Source: Lingula anatina (taxonomy: Eukaryota > Animalia > Brachiopoda). Taken from it: a stretch of 64,000 nucleotides of DNA. A program made the position numbers and the translations under genes. Every line of letters starts with the position of its first letter. The first letter of the stretch is position 1. The stretch lies in assembly GCA_051362555.1 (NCBI GenBank), contig CM120642.1:9734001-9798000 (forward strand). Direction: 5' to 3'. The notes under the pieces are model-generated. The model did not search any database and was not told the origin of the DNA. It saw only the letters and a list, made by a program, of their open reading frames with translations. Positions 63,608-64,000 of the stretch are shown piece after piece.

Positions 63608-63775
63608 CAGGCCCGTAGCCAGGGGGGGTTCGGGGGGTTCGAAAGAACCGCCCTTTTTGTCAGAAAAAGGTCCATTCTGGGTATAATTTGATCTAGGTAC
63701 ACAAAGGTTTCATTATAAAAGGTCCACTTTTTCAGAAAAAGAACCCCCCTTTTGACTTTGCCAGCTACGGGCCTG
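63608..63775. mobile_element. MITE family CAGGCCCGTAGC (hAT5-like)
   Basis: TIR CAGGCCCGTAGC / GCTACGGGCCTG; flanks AGACA / ATACA. Confidence 0.75.
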
Positions 63776-64000
63776 ATACATGTATGTTATAAAGCAGCAA
63801 AGCTGTAAAACGTACAGACATTCAGCAGAAAATAATGTTGATAGTGCACAAAAGAGAAATTGATCATAATGACCTTATAAATCATTTCTGTGAGTTTGAA
63901 AATAACAGACTCATTCTATGATATTTATTGTGTAGTTCTCAAATTTGAAAATAGGTTGATTGTCAATTTTGATGCAATACAACATAATTCTTAGTAGCAC

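Overview
AT-rich eukaryotic (invertebrate, probably lophotrochozoan; inferred) genomic DNA. Most of the window is one multi-exon centriolin gene (CNTRL/CEP110; + strand, CDS about 693-46886). Its 15.4-kb intron (4658-20108) hides an antisense nested gene. Two separate ORF-track calls plus a middle exon that the track gives in the wrong frame join, with matching splice phases, into a 3-exon ~975-aa receptor: signal peptide, somatomedin-B-like Cys-rich ectodomain and family-B-like 7TM. Downstream and convergent lie two intact tandem zeta-crystallin/quinone oxidoreductase (CRYZ) paralogs (- strand, 8 coding exons each). Introns and intergenic DNA carry many non-autonomous transposons: three Helentron-type (HINE) families, two of them with internal tandem arrays; two MULE-like foldback elements with perfect 9-bp TSDs; CAGG-ended MITEs with 5-bp TSDs; and Harbinger-like and Kolobok-like MITEs. 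No rRNA, tRNA or CRISPR was seen. All calls come from reading the sequence and recalled family motifs; no database search was run.
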